NCBI GenBank assembly: GCA_044222185.1
Contig: JBGANV010000001.1
Coordinates: forward strand, 1,824,001 to 1,888,000
Direction of reading: 5' to 3'
DNA from: Planctomycetota bacterium
GTDB taxonomy: Bacteria > Planctomycetota > GCA-002687715 > CAIWVZ01
Length of the DNA stretch: 64,000 nucleotides
The stretch's first letter is position 1, and every line of letters starts with the position of its first letter. Both the position numbers and the translations under genes were made by a program. This document shows positions 46,628-56,089 of the stretch, piece after piece. The notes beneath the pieces are model-generated. The model searched no databases and was not told where the DNA came from. It worked only from the letters and a program-made list of their open reading frames with translations.

Positions 46628-47686
46628 ATGAACAAGATCGTTGTCTGCGCGTCTCTTCTGATCTCCGCTGCAGTTTCAGCCCAGGGGACCATTTTCGTTC
46701 CCGACAACGCAGCCGGCGTGGGCACCTGCAACGCCTTCCCATTCAACAACGCCGCGTTCACCTACGCAGCGCGCGTGCCCGCCAGCTTCCTCGATCCGCT
46801 GCAAACGCTCATCGACGACGTGGCCTTCGCGCCATGCTCGACCGGCTTCTTCCAAGCGACGGCGCTCCAGATGGGGATCGGCCACGTTCCCACGCCGCTT
46901 CCCGTGCCGTTCACGTTCCCCACGTTCGACGTCGCGGGCAACGTGACTGCGCTGGGCAGCTTCATCGACTTCCAGCCGATCTGGAACACGGTCTCGCAGG
47001 GCCCGTTCACCTGGAACTACACGCTGAACACGTGGTCGCCGCTCGGCTTCGCAGGCCTGGGTGGCACGGGCTTCGTGTGGAACGGCACGAGCGACATCGC
47101 GTTCTTCATCACGTTCTCCGGCGGAAGCGGTGGGCCCACGTGCCACCGTACGAGCACGGAGCCGTTCCGCGTCTACACGTCGGGCGTCTTCCAAGCGGGC
47201 GCGTCGACGGGCTCGGGCGCTTCGGGGTTCAAGATGGAACTGTTCACGCGGCCCGCCATCGCGGCGACGGTCACGCCCGTCGGCACGGGGTGCCCCGGAA
47301 CCGGGTCGATCTCCCCCGCGCTCTCGAGTTCGGCCTTTCCCGTGATCGGCAACCTCCTGTTCCACGTCGACGTGTCACAAGGTCCGCCGGGGGCCACGGC
47401 GCTTCTCTACCTCTCGATCGGACTTGCACCTGCTCCGCTGAACGTGGGCTTCGGCTGCAATGCCTATCTCGATCTCAGCACCATGCTCGCGCTCGTCGGA
47501 GCCGGGTTGCTGCCGCTCGGGCCCGTCGTCCTCGACACGTCGGGCATCGGGATCTTCCCAGTGCCGGTCCCGCCGGATCCAACGCTCGCGGGTGTCCACG
47601 TGGGCTTCCAGGCCGTCATCCTCGATGCCGGCGCACCGCTGACGATCACGCTGACGAACGCCCTCGACGCGTTGCTGAACCCCTGA
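46628..47686 (+). CDS. Secreted protein with a clade-type C-terminal domain
   Basis: Signal peptide ending VSA-Q; GTGCPG...P.IG...GC...G....VPPDPTLAG...FQ...D...TNAL. Confidence 0.8.
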   Translation: MNKIVVCASLLISAAVSAQGTIFVPDNAAGVGTCNAFPFNNAAFTYAARVPASFLDPLQTLIDDVAFAPCSTGFFQATALQMGIGHVPTPLPVPFTFPTFDVAGNVTALGSFIDFQPIWNTVSQGPFTWNYTLNTWSPLGFAGLGGTGFVWNGTSDIAFFITFSGGSGGPTCHRTSTEPFRVYTSGVFQAGASTGSGASGFKMELFTRPAIAATVTPVGTGCPGTGSISPALSSSAFPVIGNLLFHVDVSQGPPGATALLYLSIGLAPAPLNVGFGCNAYLDLSTMLALVGAGLLPLGPVVLDTSGIGIFPVPVPPDPTLAGVHVGFQAVILDAGAPLTITLTNALDALLNP

Positions 47687-47727
47687 GTCGTTCGGACCGT
47701 CGGCACGAGCGCGTCGAGTCGGCGCGC

Positions 47728-49164
47728 TCAGCCGCGGTCCGCCCCATCGGGCGCCCCTGACTCACGCGGCGAAATCGCCCGTGGGAGCTGCTCGCGCACT
47801 TCGGAAATCAGGTCGTCGCCCGAAGCGACGGTGGATCGGATGCGAGCGCCCGGGGCGATGTCGCGACTGTCGCGCACGAGACGTCGTACGCCATTCGCCT
47901 CCACCCACGTGAGCGAGAACCCCCGCCCGAGGACGGCCACCGGATCGAGCGCTTTCAGGGCGCTGGCCTGCGCCAGGAGCTGACCGGCCGCGCGAACGAG
48001 TGGCGGACGGACCGCCGAACGCATGCGACCAAATGCGTCGTCCACGACCTTGCGCAAGGCGGCCAGGCGGGCCGTCGGCCGATTGGCACCCAGAACCCTC
48101 TCGGCGACGCGCAGCGCATCCGCGCAACGATCGACCTGTTTGCGAAGCGCCGCACGCAGCTCGTCGTCGAGCGCGTCCAGATGCTGGCGTTCTTCGTCGA
48201 TGCGTCGGCGGAAATTCGCGAGCCCCGAGCTGCGACCGGCCGCGGCGAGCGCGGCTCGCGCCTCGCGCGCGATGACGCGCACGGCACGGCGTGAGCGAGA
48301 CGCGAGGTCGCGCAGCCCGGCGTCGAGTTCGGCGAGCACGGGCACGACCAGTTCGCCGGCCTGTGACGGCGTCGCTGCGCGCACGTCGGCCACCTCGTCG
48401 GCCAGCGTCGTGTCGATTTCGTGTCCGACGGCCGAGATCACCGGGACGCGCGATCCGAAGATGGCGCGCGCGACCGGCTCCTCGTTGAACGCCCACAGAT
48501 CCTCGGCGCTGCCCCCACCGCGGCCGACGATCGCGACGTCGACGTCGGCGACGAGGCTCGCTCGTCGAAGGCCGTCGGCGACGTCCGACGCCGCGCCGTC
48601 CCCCTGCACCTTCACGGGCACGAGCAGCAGGCGCGCCCGGGGAAAACGGCGCAGGATCACACGGATGAGGTCACGCACGGCTGCGCCGGTCGGCGACGTC
48701 ACGAGAGCGATGCGGCGAGGAATCGGTGGAAGTGCGCGCTTGCGGGATGGATCCAGCAGGCCCTCCGCTCGCAGTCGCTCGCGAAGTTGCTTGAGGATCA
48801 GCTCACGGGCGCCGAGGCCCGCGGGCTCCATGTGGTTCACGACCAACTGGTACCGGCCGCCGGGAGGATAGAGCGTCACCTGCCCGCGGACCCGGACCTG
48901 CATTCCATCCGCCGGACGGAACGCCAGCGTTCGGACGCGCGCCGCCCACATCACTCCGTCGACGCGCGCCGTCTCGTCCTGGAGCCCGAAGTAGAAGTGC
49001 CCGGACGCGGCGTTCGTCGGGCGCGAGATCGCGCCTTCGACCCAGACGTCCGGGTACTCGGCTTCGAGCAGGCGCTTGACCCGAGTGTTCAGTTCAGCGA
49101 CGGTGAGCGGCCGCTCGGCGGCGTCATGGGGACCAGAGAGGCGTGGGCGTCCGGCGAATGGCAC
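47728..49164 (-). CDS. xseA: Exodeoxyribonuclease VII large subunit
   Basis: VWVEG.IS, SGHFYF.L.D, TSPTGAAVRD, GRGGGS.EDLWAFN and SAVGHE.D...D..AD.RA.TPS motifs; start approximate. Confidence 0.95.
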   Translation of the reverse strand: MPFAGRPRLSGPHDAAERPLTVAELNTRVKRLLEAEYPDVWVEGAISRPTNAASGHFYFGLQDETARVDGVMWAARVRTLAFRPADGMQVRVRGQVTLYPPGGRYQLVVNHMEPAGLGARELILKQLRERLRAEGLLDPSRKRALPPIPRRIALVTSPTGAAVRDLIRVILRRFPRARLLLVPVKVQGDGAASDVADGLRRASLVADVDVAIVGRGGGSAEDLWAFNEEPVARAIFGSRVPVISAVGHEIDTTLADEVADVRAATPSQAGELVVPVLAELDAGLRDLASRSRRAVRVIAREARAALAAAGRSSGLANFRRRIDEERQHLDALDDELRAALRKQVDRCADALRVAERVLGANRPTARLAALRKVVDDAFGRMRSAVRPPLVRAAGQLLAQASALKALDPVAVLGRGFSLTWVEANGVRRLVRDSRDIAPGARIRSTVASGDDLISEVREQLPRAISPRESGAPDGADRG

Positions 49165-49224
49165 GGCGCATGATACTCGTGCGGAGGATCCCCACAGGGA
49201 GGCCTCGCGGCGGTCTGGCGTCGG

Positions 49225-49410
49225 TCACTTCGCCGCCTTGGGATCGCCGATGATGCACTGCACCGGGCAGATCGGCAGGCAGTCGCCGCACTCCGTGCAG
49301 GCTTCGGAGTCGACGACGAACGTCTGGTCGTCCTCGTGGATGCAATGCACCGCGCACACCTCGGTGCACAGCGCACAACAGACGCATTCGTTCTCGACGA
49401 TGTGGGCCAT
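49225..49410 (-). CDS. 2[4Fe-4S] ferredoxin
   Basis: CVCCALCTEVCA and CTECGDCLPICP motifs. Confidence 0.9.
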   Translation of the reverse strand: MAHIVENECVCCALCTEVCAVHCIHEDDQTFVVDSEACTECGDCLPICPVQCIIGDPKAAK

Positions 49411-49538
49411 GGGACTGCTGTCATCATCGTCCACCGCCGTCGGCGAGTTCAGCGAATCCGAATCGACTCGGGAGCAGAGGTTTCCGCCGCCCCCCACGCG
49501 TCGCGGGTCGCCGCGAGCCTGCGACCGAAACCAGATGC

Positions 49539-49670
49539 CATCTCCAGTTGGTTCGTCGGTGAGACGCTCGACGACCTGCAGGGCCCGAGGTACGCCCGGA
49601 AAACGAACCGAATTCCCACGAGGCCGGGATCGAACGGCACGTTGGTAGTAGTCGCTGTCCCAGAGCAGGT
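49539..49670 (-). pseudogene. Remnant of a secreted-protein C-terminal domain
   Basis: Translates to SGTATTTNVPFDPGLVGIRFVFRAYLGPC...TNQLEM, resembling the C-termini of 45615-46409 and 46628-47686; no credible gene upstream. Confidence 0.4.
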
Positions 49671-49937
49671 CGGCCGCCGCTGAGCCCGGGGGTCGAACTT
49701 CCGAGCGTGGATTCGGGCCGAGGGGCGGCGTGATGCGTTCGACTGCCGAGCACGCTGCACCGTGATCCGCCGCCATCGGCGATGGCGCGATGCTCCAGAC
49801 TGCTTCGAGCGCGCCGCGCAAGTCGACGCGAGACGTCGATGCGAAAGTCGCGACGCGCGGCGACCGCCCGGGGCGACTCCACGGTGCGCCACGCCGTCAC
49901 TCTGCGGCCGCGAACCAGGACTCTGACGCAGCAGCGC

Positions 49938-51266
49938 TCAGCGAGACTTCACGAACGTGAAGTTCGACTTGATCCAGTCCTCGGCGTTCACGCCGAGCAC
50001 CACGATCTGGTAGCGGTTGTTGAAGAAGGGACTCTTCGCGGGCCGCCCGCTGATGCCCTGGTGGAACGTGACCGTTCCACCCTCGAATTGCAGTTCGAGC
50101 AGGTCGGTGCGCGAGAGCGTGCACGCGAGCGAATCGGCTTCGATCACCTTGGCGAGGGATCCGTCCGTCGCGCGCACTTCCATGGTCACGCCCTGGAGCT
50201 TGCCGCTGGCGAGGCTCTCGGCCCGAGTGACGACGTAGCGATCGCTTCCGCGGTGATTCTTCAGGAGTTTGTTCAGCGCATCGAGCTGTGCCGGATCGAC
50301 GGATTGCGGCTTGGCGGGAGTGGGGTCGGCCTTCGCTGCGGCATTCGCGGGCGCGTCGGCTGGCCCCGCCGGGTTCGTGGGCTTCGGATCCGGAGTCTCC
50401 TTGGGCCCTTCGACCGGGGCCTTGGGCTCGACCTTCGCGACCGGCGGCGCGCTCTCGGCCGTAGCACGGTCCTTCAGGCTCGCGATCAAGTTGTTCAGCT
50501 GCCCGATGAGTCGCTGGTCGGAGAGCGATTGCGCCGTCAGGCGAGCGTTGTCCTTCTCGAGCTCGGCGAGTCTCGTCTTCTGTTCGTTCGACGCCGTCTG
50601 GAGCGCGCCGAGGCTCGCCTTCGTGGCACCGTTCTCCTCACGCGCCGTGTCGCGCTCGCGGCGAAGCACGTCGCGTTCGGCCGTCAGCGAGTCGAGCCCC
50701 TTGCGGAGCTGGTCGACCTCCTGCCGATACGACTCGCGATCCTGGGTTTCGACGCTGCGCAGCCGGTTCTCGACCTTGTCCAGAGCGGTACGGACTTCGG
50801 CGTCACGTTTCGCCGGGTCGAGGGCTTCACGCAGGTCCGTCCGCAACGCGTCGTTTCCTTCGCGCATCGACATGGCGATGCCGACCCCGACCGCCGCGAG
50901 AATCAGCACGGCGACGAGAAGCAGGACGAATCGACCGCGGTTCAGGCCGTTCGATCGCGTCTCGGCCAGCTGTTCCGACAGTCGTTCCTGGACCTGCTGC
51001 AATCCCTTGAACGAATCGTTCAGTGCTCGCGCCGAGTTGATCACCAGTTCGTGGCGCTTGTTGTCCTTGACGGCGTCCTCCAGCGTCCGCTGGCGATCGT
51101 GCAGATCCTTGAGCAACTCGACCTGGACCTGCATGGCTCGCGCGATCTGGTCGATCGGCTGCCCGACCGCGCGGTTGTCGCCACGGTCGCCGGTGGTCGT
51201 CGGGAGGTTGTCGCCGCCCCGCGAGCCTGGGTCCTGCTGTGAACGCGGATTGGGTTGCGGGCTCAT
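49938..51266 (-). CDS. Hypothetical single-TM coiled-coil protein
   Basis: N-terminal coiled coil, one TM helix, long coiled coil, Pro-rich linker and C-terminal beta domain; ATGA overlap with the upstream gene. Confidence 0.75.
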   Translation of the reverse strand: MSPQPNPRSQQDPGSRGGDNLPTTTGDRGDNRAVGQPIDQIARAMQVQVELLKDLHDRQRTLEDAVKDNKRHELVINSARALNDSFKGLQQVQERLSEQLAETRSNGLNRGRFVLLLVAVLILAAVGVGIAMSMREGNDALRTDLREALDPAKRDAEVRTALDKVENRLRSVETQDRESYRQEVDQLRKGLDSLTAERDVLRRERDTAREENGATKASLGALQTASNEQKTRLAELEKDNARLTAQSLSDQRLIGQLNNLIASLKDRATAESAPPVAKVEPKAPVEGPKETPDPKPTNPAGPADAPANAAAKADPTPAKPQSVDPAQLDALNKLLKNHRGSDRYVVTRAESLASGKLQGVTMEVRATDGSLAKVIEADSLACTLSRTDLLELQFEGGTVTFHQGISGRPAKSPFFNNRYQIVVLGVNAEDWIKSNFTFVKSR

Positions 51267-51952
51267 CGTCCGTTCTCGCTGGTCACCGTGGCGCGCGTCT
51301 GCGGCGAGCCCGAACTTCCGAGCAGCACGGCACGCACGTCCTGGGACGGATGTTCTACGAAACTCTCCAGGTGCGCCTCGGTGGTCGCGATCGGTGAGAG
51401 CTCCAGCCCCCCGGCGGCGGCGAGGTCGACGTCGTCGTACGCGGTGGATGCGGGCAGGGCATAGACGATCCGGCGGAGGCTTTCCTTCCCCAACGACCTG
51501 GATTCGGGGGCGCCGAGGGCCGCCAGGACCGGTGATCCGACGCGCGCGGAATCCGTCAGCGCGGAGAGCTCGGTCAGCGGCTGCCAGCGTCCGTCGCGCG
51601 TGCGGACCTTGGGGTCCAGTCCCGAGAGATCCTGGGGATCTGGCCCGCGGTTCTCGACCCACAGTTCGACGAAGCGGCGGTCGGCGGCGGCCGGCCCGAG
51701 AAGGCCTCGGAGTGCGGCGTCGCTGAACTCGGCCCGCGCGGGGGCCGCGAACCGTCGCCGCAGCAGGACGACGCGAACACCGTCCTCTCCGAGAAACACG
51801 GAGAGACCGGAAGGCGCATCGATTCCGTTGGGCGTCGCCGCAGCGGGTGGCGGGTTCCGCGCGCCCGATCGCAGCACGAGGGCGGCGACGATCGCCGCGG
51901 CCGCAGTCGCGAACGTGAGAAGCGTGACGAGCCGCCCCTTGGGCCAGCTCAC
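51263..51952 (-). CDS. Hypothetical membrane-anchored protein
   Basis: N-terminal hydrophobic segment; co-oriented with and overlapping the downstream gene. Confidence 0.65.
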   Translation of the reverse strand: MSWPKGRLVTLLTFATAAAAIVAALVLRSGARNPPPAAATPNGIDAPSGLSVFLGEDGVRVVLLRRRFAAPARAEFSDAALRGLLGPAAADRRFVELWVENRGPDPQDLSGLDPKVRTRDGRWQPLTELSALTDSARVGSPVLAALGAPESRSLGKESLRRIVYALPASTAYDDVDLAAAGGLELSPIATTEAHLESFVEHPSQDVRAVLLGSSGSPQTRATVTSENGR

Positions 51953-52034
51953 GTGGTGCGATCCACGATCACCGCCGCGCGCCGGTCGCCAGCGTCACCG
52001 CGGCGAGCGATGCGGTCGGTCGAGCCCGACCCGA

Positions 52035-52739
52035 TCACCACTTCGTGGCCTTCTTCCCAGTGTCGTTCCACCACTTCTGCCAGCTTTCGAAACCGGACTG
52101 GGTCTGGCCCGTGAGCGCCTTGATCGACTCCTCGATCGGTCCCTTGATCGTGTCGAGCTTCTTCTTCGCCGTCGTGTCGCGGGGCGCCTGCGCCTTGCTG
52201 TGGGCGCTGCCCCACATCTTCAGAAGCAGGTCGACGATGACCTTCTTCCCTTCGAGATCCAATTCCTTGTAGTTCCCCAGCGCATCGGCCGCCGCGGCCT
52301 GGCCCTCGTTCGTCTTGTAGTTGAGGAGCTTCTTCAGCTTCTCGAGCCCGGCCTTGGGATCCTTCGTCTTGCCGAGCGCACGCACGCAGGCCCCGAAGTA
52401 GTTCGTGTTGTCCTCGGTGGTCTTCTTGTCGATTTCCTTGATGAGCGCCTCGGAGGCCTTGGCGTCCATCTTGCTCAAGGACTCGACGGCCATGTCCTTC
52501 GTGTCCTGGTCCGGTTGGTTCAGCGCGGTGCCGACGAGCTTGGCGATCTTCACCTGCTGCTCGGCCTTCGCAGCGCCGTACTTCTCGCCGAGCAGCTTCA
52601 CGAAGTGCTGGATGTCCGCCTTCGTTTTCTCTTTCAGGGCTTTTTCCAGCCCGGCGATCCCGTCATCGACCTCGTCCGCGAGGACGACGTTGCCGAGCAG
52701 CGCGAACACGAGGAGCAAGGAACCTGCACGTGCGATCAT
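52035..52739 (-). CDS. Secreted HEAT-repeat-like helical protein
   Basis: GGAG RBS, signal peptide, A...LG repeats and the C-terminal ALTGQ......W.KWW motif. Confidence 0.75.
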   Translation of the reverse strand: MIARAGSLLLVFALLGNVVLADEVDDGIAGLEKALKEKTKADIQHFVKLLGEKYGAAKAEQQVKIAKLVGTALNQPDQDTKDMAVESLSKMDAKASEALIKEIDKKTTEDNTNYFGACVRALGKTKDPKAGLEKLKKLLNYKTNEGQAAAADALGNYKELDLEGKKVIVDLLLKMWGSAHSKAQAPRDTTAKKKLDTIKGPIEESIKALTGQTQSGFESWQKWWNDTGKKATKW

Positions 52740-52807
52740 GGTTGTCTCTCCAGTGCACCAGGGGACGGGCCGTTCGACGGCTGCGCGCCCGGCGGCCATT
52801 GTGTAAT

Positions 52808-52823
52808 TGCAAACACAGTGCCG
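52808..52823 (-). promoter_or_regulatory. Sigma54 (-24/-12) promoter candidate
   Basis: Minus strand CGGCACT-GTGT-TTGCA with correct GG/GC spacing, ~70 bp upstream of the ATG at 52739. Confidence 0.55.
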
Positions 52824-52839
52824 CAAGCGGCCGGGGCGG

Positions 52840-53664
52840 TCAGCCTTCCGCGAGGCGACGGGCGTAAGCGATTGCCAAGCGGTTCGTTACGGGTCCGTTC
52901 ACGGCAGCGAGAGTGCCATCCCCCACGGCCAGGACCGGTCTCAACCCGCGGACACTCGCCGAGATGAAGGCTTCACCGGCTCTTCGCAGCCGGTCGAGCC
53001 CAAAGCACTCCTCACGCACCGGAATCCCCCCGCGCCGGGCCTCGTCCAGGATGACTTCCCGCGTGACTCCGGGGAGGATCGGAGCGGTCAGCGGTGGCGT
53101 CACGAGGCTTTCGCCTTCGAGAATGAAGATCGACGAGCGCGTCCCCTCGAGGACGGTGCCGTCTGGCATCGTGAACAACACTTCGTCGAACCCGCGCCGG
53201 ACGCCGTCCTGATGCGCCAGCCGCGACGCGAGGTAGTTGAGGGTCTTGTGTGCGGCCATGGGACGAGGCCCATTCAGCCAGTCGGCCGCGATGCCCAGGC
53301 GGACGGGTCGGCTGACGTCGACAGGAAGCGGCGAGGCCGTCGCGAGCAGCCGCGTGCGTCGCCCCTCGCGGAAGAGCACGAGGCGCAACGTGAAGTCCTG
53401 GTGGCCGGCGGCGTCGACGAGCCTGCGGATGATGTCCGCCGTCGCCTCCGCGTCCGGTGCGGGCCCAAGCCCGAGGACCTGCGCGCTGCCCTGGAGCCGG
53501 CGAAGGTGCGCGGCCAGGAAGCGCGGGCGGGCGCCGAGCACCGGGAGCGTCTCGAAGAGGCCGTCACCGTTCGAAAGCCCCTCGCACTGCGCGCTGATCG
53601 AGATCCGGCCGTCGGCCGCGAGTTCACCATCGATCACCGCCGGCCAGGTCGCGTCGTCGCTCAT
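52840..53664 (-). CDS. Class IV PLP aminotransferase (aminodeoxychorismate lyase-like)
   Basis: GDGLFET, HLRRL..SA, HKTLNY, EGT.S.IF and ILPGVTR motifs; translationally coupled to pabB. Confidence 0.88.
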   Translation of the reverse strand: MSDDATWPAVIDGELAADGRISISAQCEGLSNGDGLFETLPVLGARPRFLAAHLRRLQGSAQVLGLGPAPDAEATADIIRRLVDAAGHQDFTLRLVLFREGRRTRLLATASPLPVDVSRPVRLGIAADWLNGPRPMAAHKTLNYLASRLAHQDGVRRGFDEVLFTMPDGTVLEGTRSSIFILEGESLVTPPLTAPILPGVTREVILDEARRGGIPVREECFGLDRLRRAGEAFISASVRGLRPVLAVGDGTLAAVNGPVTNRLAIAYARRLAEG

Positions 53665-55064
53665 GTCTTCGGAACCTCCCAATCGAGCGCCTCGAAGAGC
53701 CCCCGCACCTTGTGAATCGTCTCGCGCCATTCCAGGTCAGGATCCGAGTCGACGACGATCCCACCTCCGCCGTGGAGCCAGGCCCGGCCGTCCTCGAGAC
53801 GGAGAGTCCGAATGAGGATGTTCAGGTCGGCGCGGCCGTCGAACCCCAGGTATCCGAGCGAGCCCGTGTAGGGCCCGCGTCGGCAGGTTTCCAATTCGTC
53901 GATGATCTCCTGCGCCCGGATCTTCGGCACGCCGCTGATGGAGCCGCCGGGCCATGCGTCGCGCAGGAGGTCGAGGACGTCACGTCCCGGCGTGAGCGTG
54001 CCCTCGATGGTCGCGACGAGGTGATGCACCGTCGGATGTGACTCGAGGACGAGCCGCTCGCGGACGCGCACACTTCCCGGCTGGCAGTTGCGGGAGAGAT
54101 CGTTGCGGAGCAGGTCGACGATCATGGCGAGTTCCGCCCGGTTCTTCTCCGACGCGAGGAGTTCCTCGGCCTGGGCCCGATCGCTCGCGTCATCCGGCCC
54201 GCGCGGCGCGGTGCCCTTGATCGGTCGGGTGACGACCCGTGCACCCTCGACTCGCAGAAACCGCTCGGGTGACGCCGAGAGGAGCCAGGAATCGGGAGCG
54301 AGCCGGACGAGTCCACCGAAGGGCGCCGGGTTCACCGTCATGAGACGCGTGAACAGCGACGAGGCGTCGGTGCGGACCGGTCCCTCGAACCGCTGGGAGA
54401 GGTTCACCTGGTAGACGTCGCCAGCACGGATGTAGAGGATGATGCGCTCGACTGAATCGAGATACCGGCAGCGGGACATGGACGCGGTGGCCGCTACGGG
54501 CGCTCGACGTGATGGTTCGCGAATCGGGGTGTGACGCTCGATCGCGTCGCGAAGCGCTGCGGCGTGCGCCGCGCTTTCGCGAGTGATCTCGGCGTCGGCC
54601 GGCGCTTCGAGCCGCGTCACGACCACCGAGCCCGATCGGCGATCGCAAACGACGAGCGAGTCGAAGAACCGTGCGAGCAACTCGGGACAACCGCGATCCG
54701 CACCGTGGCGATCGGGAAGCCGCTCGGTGGAAGTCCGCAAGTCGTAGCCGAGCATCACGAGCGCGCCCGCGGTGCAGGGCAGATCCGGCGGCGCCTCCCG
54801 AATGACGATCCGCCGGAGGTCGGGACGGAGCGCGGCGAATGGGTCGGTGCCATGGGCAGCCGCGCCGGCATCGACGCGCCGCTCGGCATAGGGCCAGGCC
54901 CCGAGGATCGAGAAACGCGAATCGTCCGAGGCGCCCGAACCGACGAGAGACATGAACCCCGGGGCGTCGGCGAGTCGCGCGGCGAGGACCGTGGGATCTG
55001 CGGGCGCCGACACGGGCTCGACGACGACGCGCACCTCGATCGGCTCTGTTCCCATCTCGTGCAT
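53661..55064 (-). CDS. pabB: Aminodeoxychorismate synthase component I (chorismate-binding)
   Basis: GDVYQVNLSQR, SASPERF, TRPIKGT (PabB-type), EL.MIVDLLRNDL, GSISGVPK and ET..K motifs. Confidence 0.85.
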   Translation of the reverse strand: MHEMGTEPIEVRVVVEPVSAPADPTVLAARLADAPGFMSLVGSGASDDSRFSILGAWPYAERRVDAGAAAHGTDPFAALRPDLRRIVIREAPPDLPCTAGALVMLGYDLRTSTERLPDRHGADRGCPELLARFFDSLVVCDRRSGSVVVTRLEAPADAEITRESAAHAAALRDAIERHTPIREPSRRAPVAATASMSRCRYLDSVERIILYIRAGDVYQVNLSQRFEGPVRTDASSLFTRLMTVNPAPFGGLVRLAPDSWLLSASPERFLRVEGARVVTRPIKGTAPRGPDDASDRAQAEELLASEKNRAELAMIVDLLRNDLSRNCQPGSVRVRERLVLESHPTVHHLVATIEGTLTPGRDVLDLLRDAWPGGSISGVPKIRAQEIIDELETCRRGPYTGSLGYLGFDGRADLNILIRTLRLEDGRAWLHGGGGIVVDSDPDLEWRETIHKVRGLFEALDWEVPKT

Positions 55065-55130
55065 TTGTCGTGGGGTCGATGGTAACCTGCGCGCCGCAAG
55101 CGACCGACGGCGGCGCGTGCGTTCGCCCGC

Positions 55131-56066
55131 ATGGATCACCTCGCCGACTTCCTCTCACACCTCGAGACAGGCCGCAACGTGTCGCAGCACACGCGCCTCG
55201 CGTACGAGAGCGACTTGGGGCAGTTCACCGCCTGGCTCGCCGAGCGCGGTGCGACGCGCCCTGAACAGGTCGGGCCACCCGAGGTGAAGCGGTACATGGT
55301 CGACCTCATGGGGAAAGGCCTCGCCCGGACGTCGGTCGCGCGGAAGATCTCGGCGGTCAGGACTTTCTTCAAATACCTGCTGGCGCAGGGCCTCGTGGAG
55401 GTCGATCCGACGACCGGACTGCGGCTCGCCCGCGAGCGGCGTCGGCTGCCGCACGCACTGAAGGCGAAGGAGATCGGGCGGTTGCTCTCGGCGCCCACCG
55501 GGGCCACGTTCGTCGCGGCGCGCGACCGGGCGGCCCTCGAAGTGCTCTATTCGTCCGGGCTGCGCAACAGCGAGCTGTGCGGACTGAGACTGTCGGACGT
55601 GGACATGCAGGAGGGCGTCATCCGCGTCCTCGGCAAGGGCCGGCGCGAGCGGCTCGCGCTTCTCGGATCCCACGCTCGGGCAGCATTGGAGGAGTACCTC
55701 CCGCACCGAGCCTCGAAGGTGAAGCCGGAAGCCGCGCCGCTGGTGTTTCTGAACCACCTGGGCACGGGGCTCACGAGTCGATCGTTGTGTCGCGTCCTCG
55801 AGCGCTACCTCGTGCGCGCCGATCTCCCCGAGGGAACGACGCCGCACACGCTCCGACACACGTTCGCCACGCACCTGTTGGAGGGGGGCGCAGGCTTGCG
55901 CGACGTCCAGGAGATGCTCGGGCATCTGCACCTGAGTTCGACGCAGATCTACACGCACGTCTCCCCCGAACACCTGCGCAGGATCTACGAGGCCACGCAC
56001 CCGCGGGCCCACCGCGTCGCCGGCGGCGCCCGAAGATCCCGCGCAGCCTCGGCGTCTGGCGAGTAG
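55131..56066 (+). CDS. xerC: Site-specific tyrosine recombinase XerC/XerD family
   Basis: LYSSGLRNSEL, GKG..ER, PHTLRHTFATHLL, LGH and TQIYTH motifs; XerC versus XerD not certain. Confidence 0.85.
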   Translation: MDHLADFLSHLETGRNVSQHTRLAYESDLGQFTAWLAERGATRPEQVGPPEVKRYMVDLMGKGLARTSVARKISAVRTFFKYLLAQGLVEVDPTTGLRLARERRRLPHALKAKEIGRLLSAPTGATFVAARDRAALEVLYSSGLRNSELCGLRLSDVDMQEGVIRVLGKGRRERLALLGSHARAALEEYLPHRASKVKPEAAPLVFLNHLGTGLTSRSLCRVLERYLVRADLPEGTTPHTLRHTFATHLLEGGAGLRDVQEMLGHLHLSSTQIYTHVSPEHLRRIYEATHPRAHRVAGGARRSRAASASGE

Positions 56067-56089
56067 TCTCTTCCGCGGAGAATCCGAAG

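Noticed and set aside
55131-56066. Tyrosine recombinase as the integrase of the island
   Set aside because: It looks like a housekeeping XerC/D among core genes, lies ~20 kb from the island, and lacks the integron-integrase insertion.
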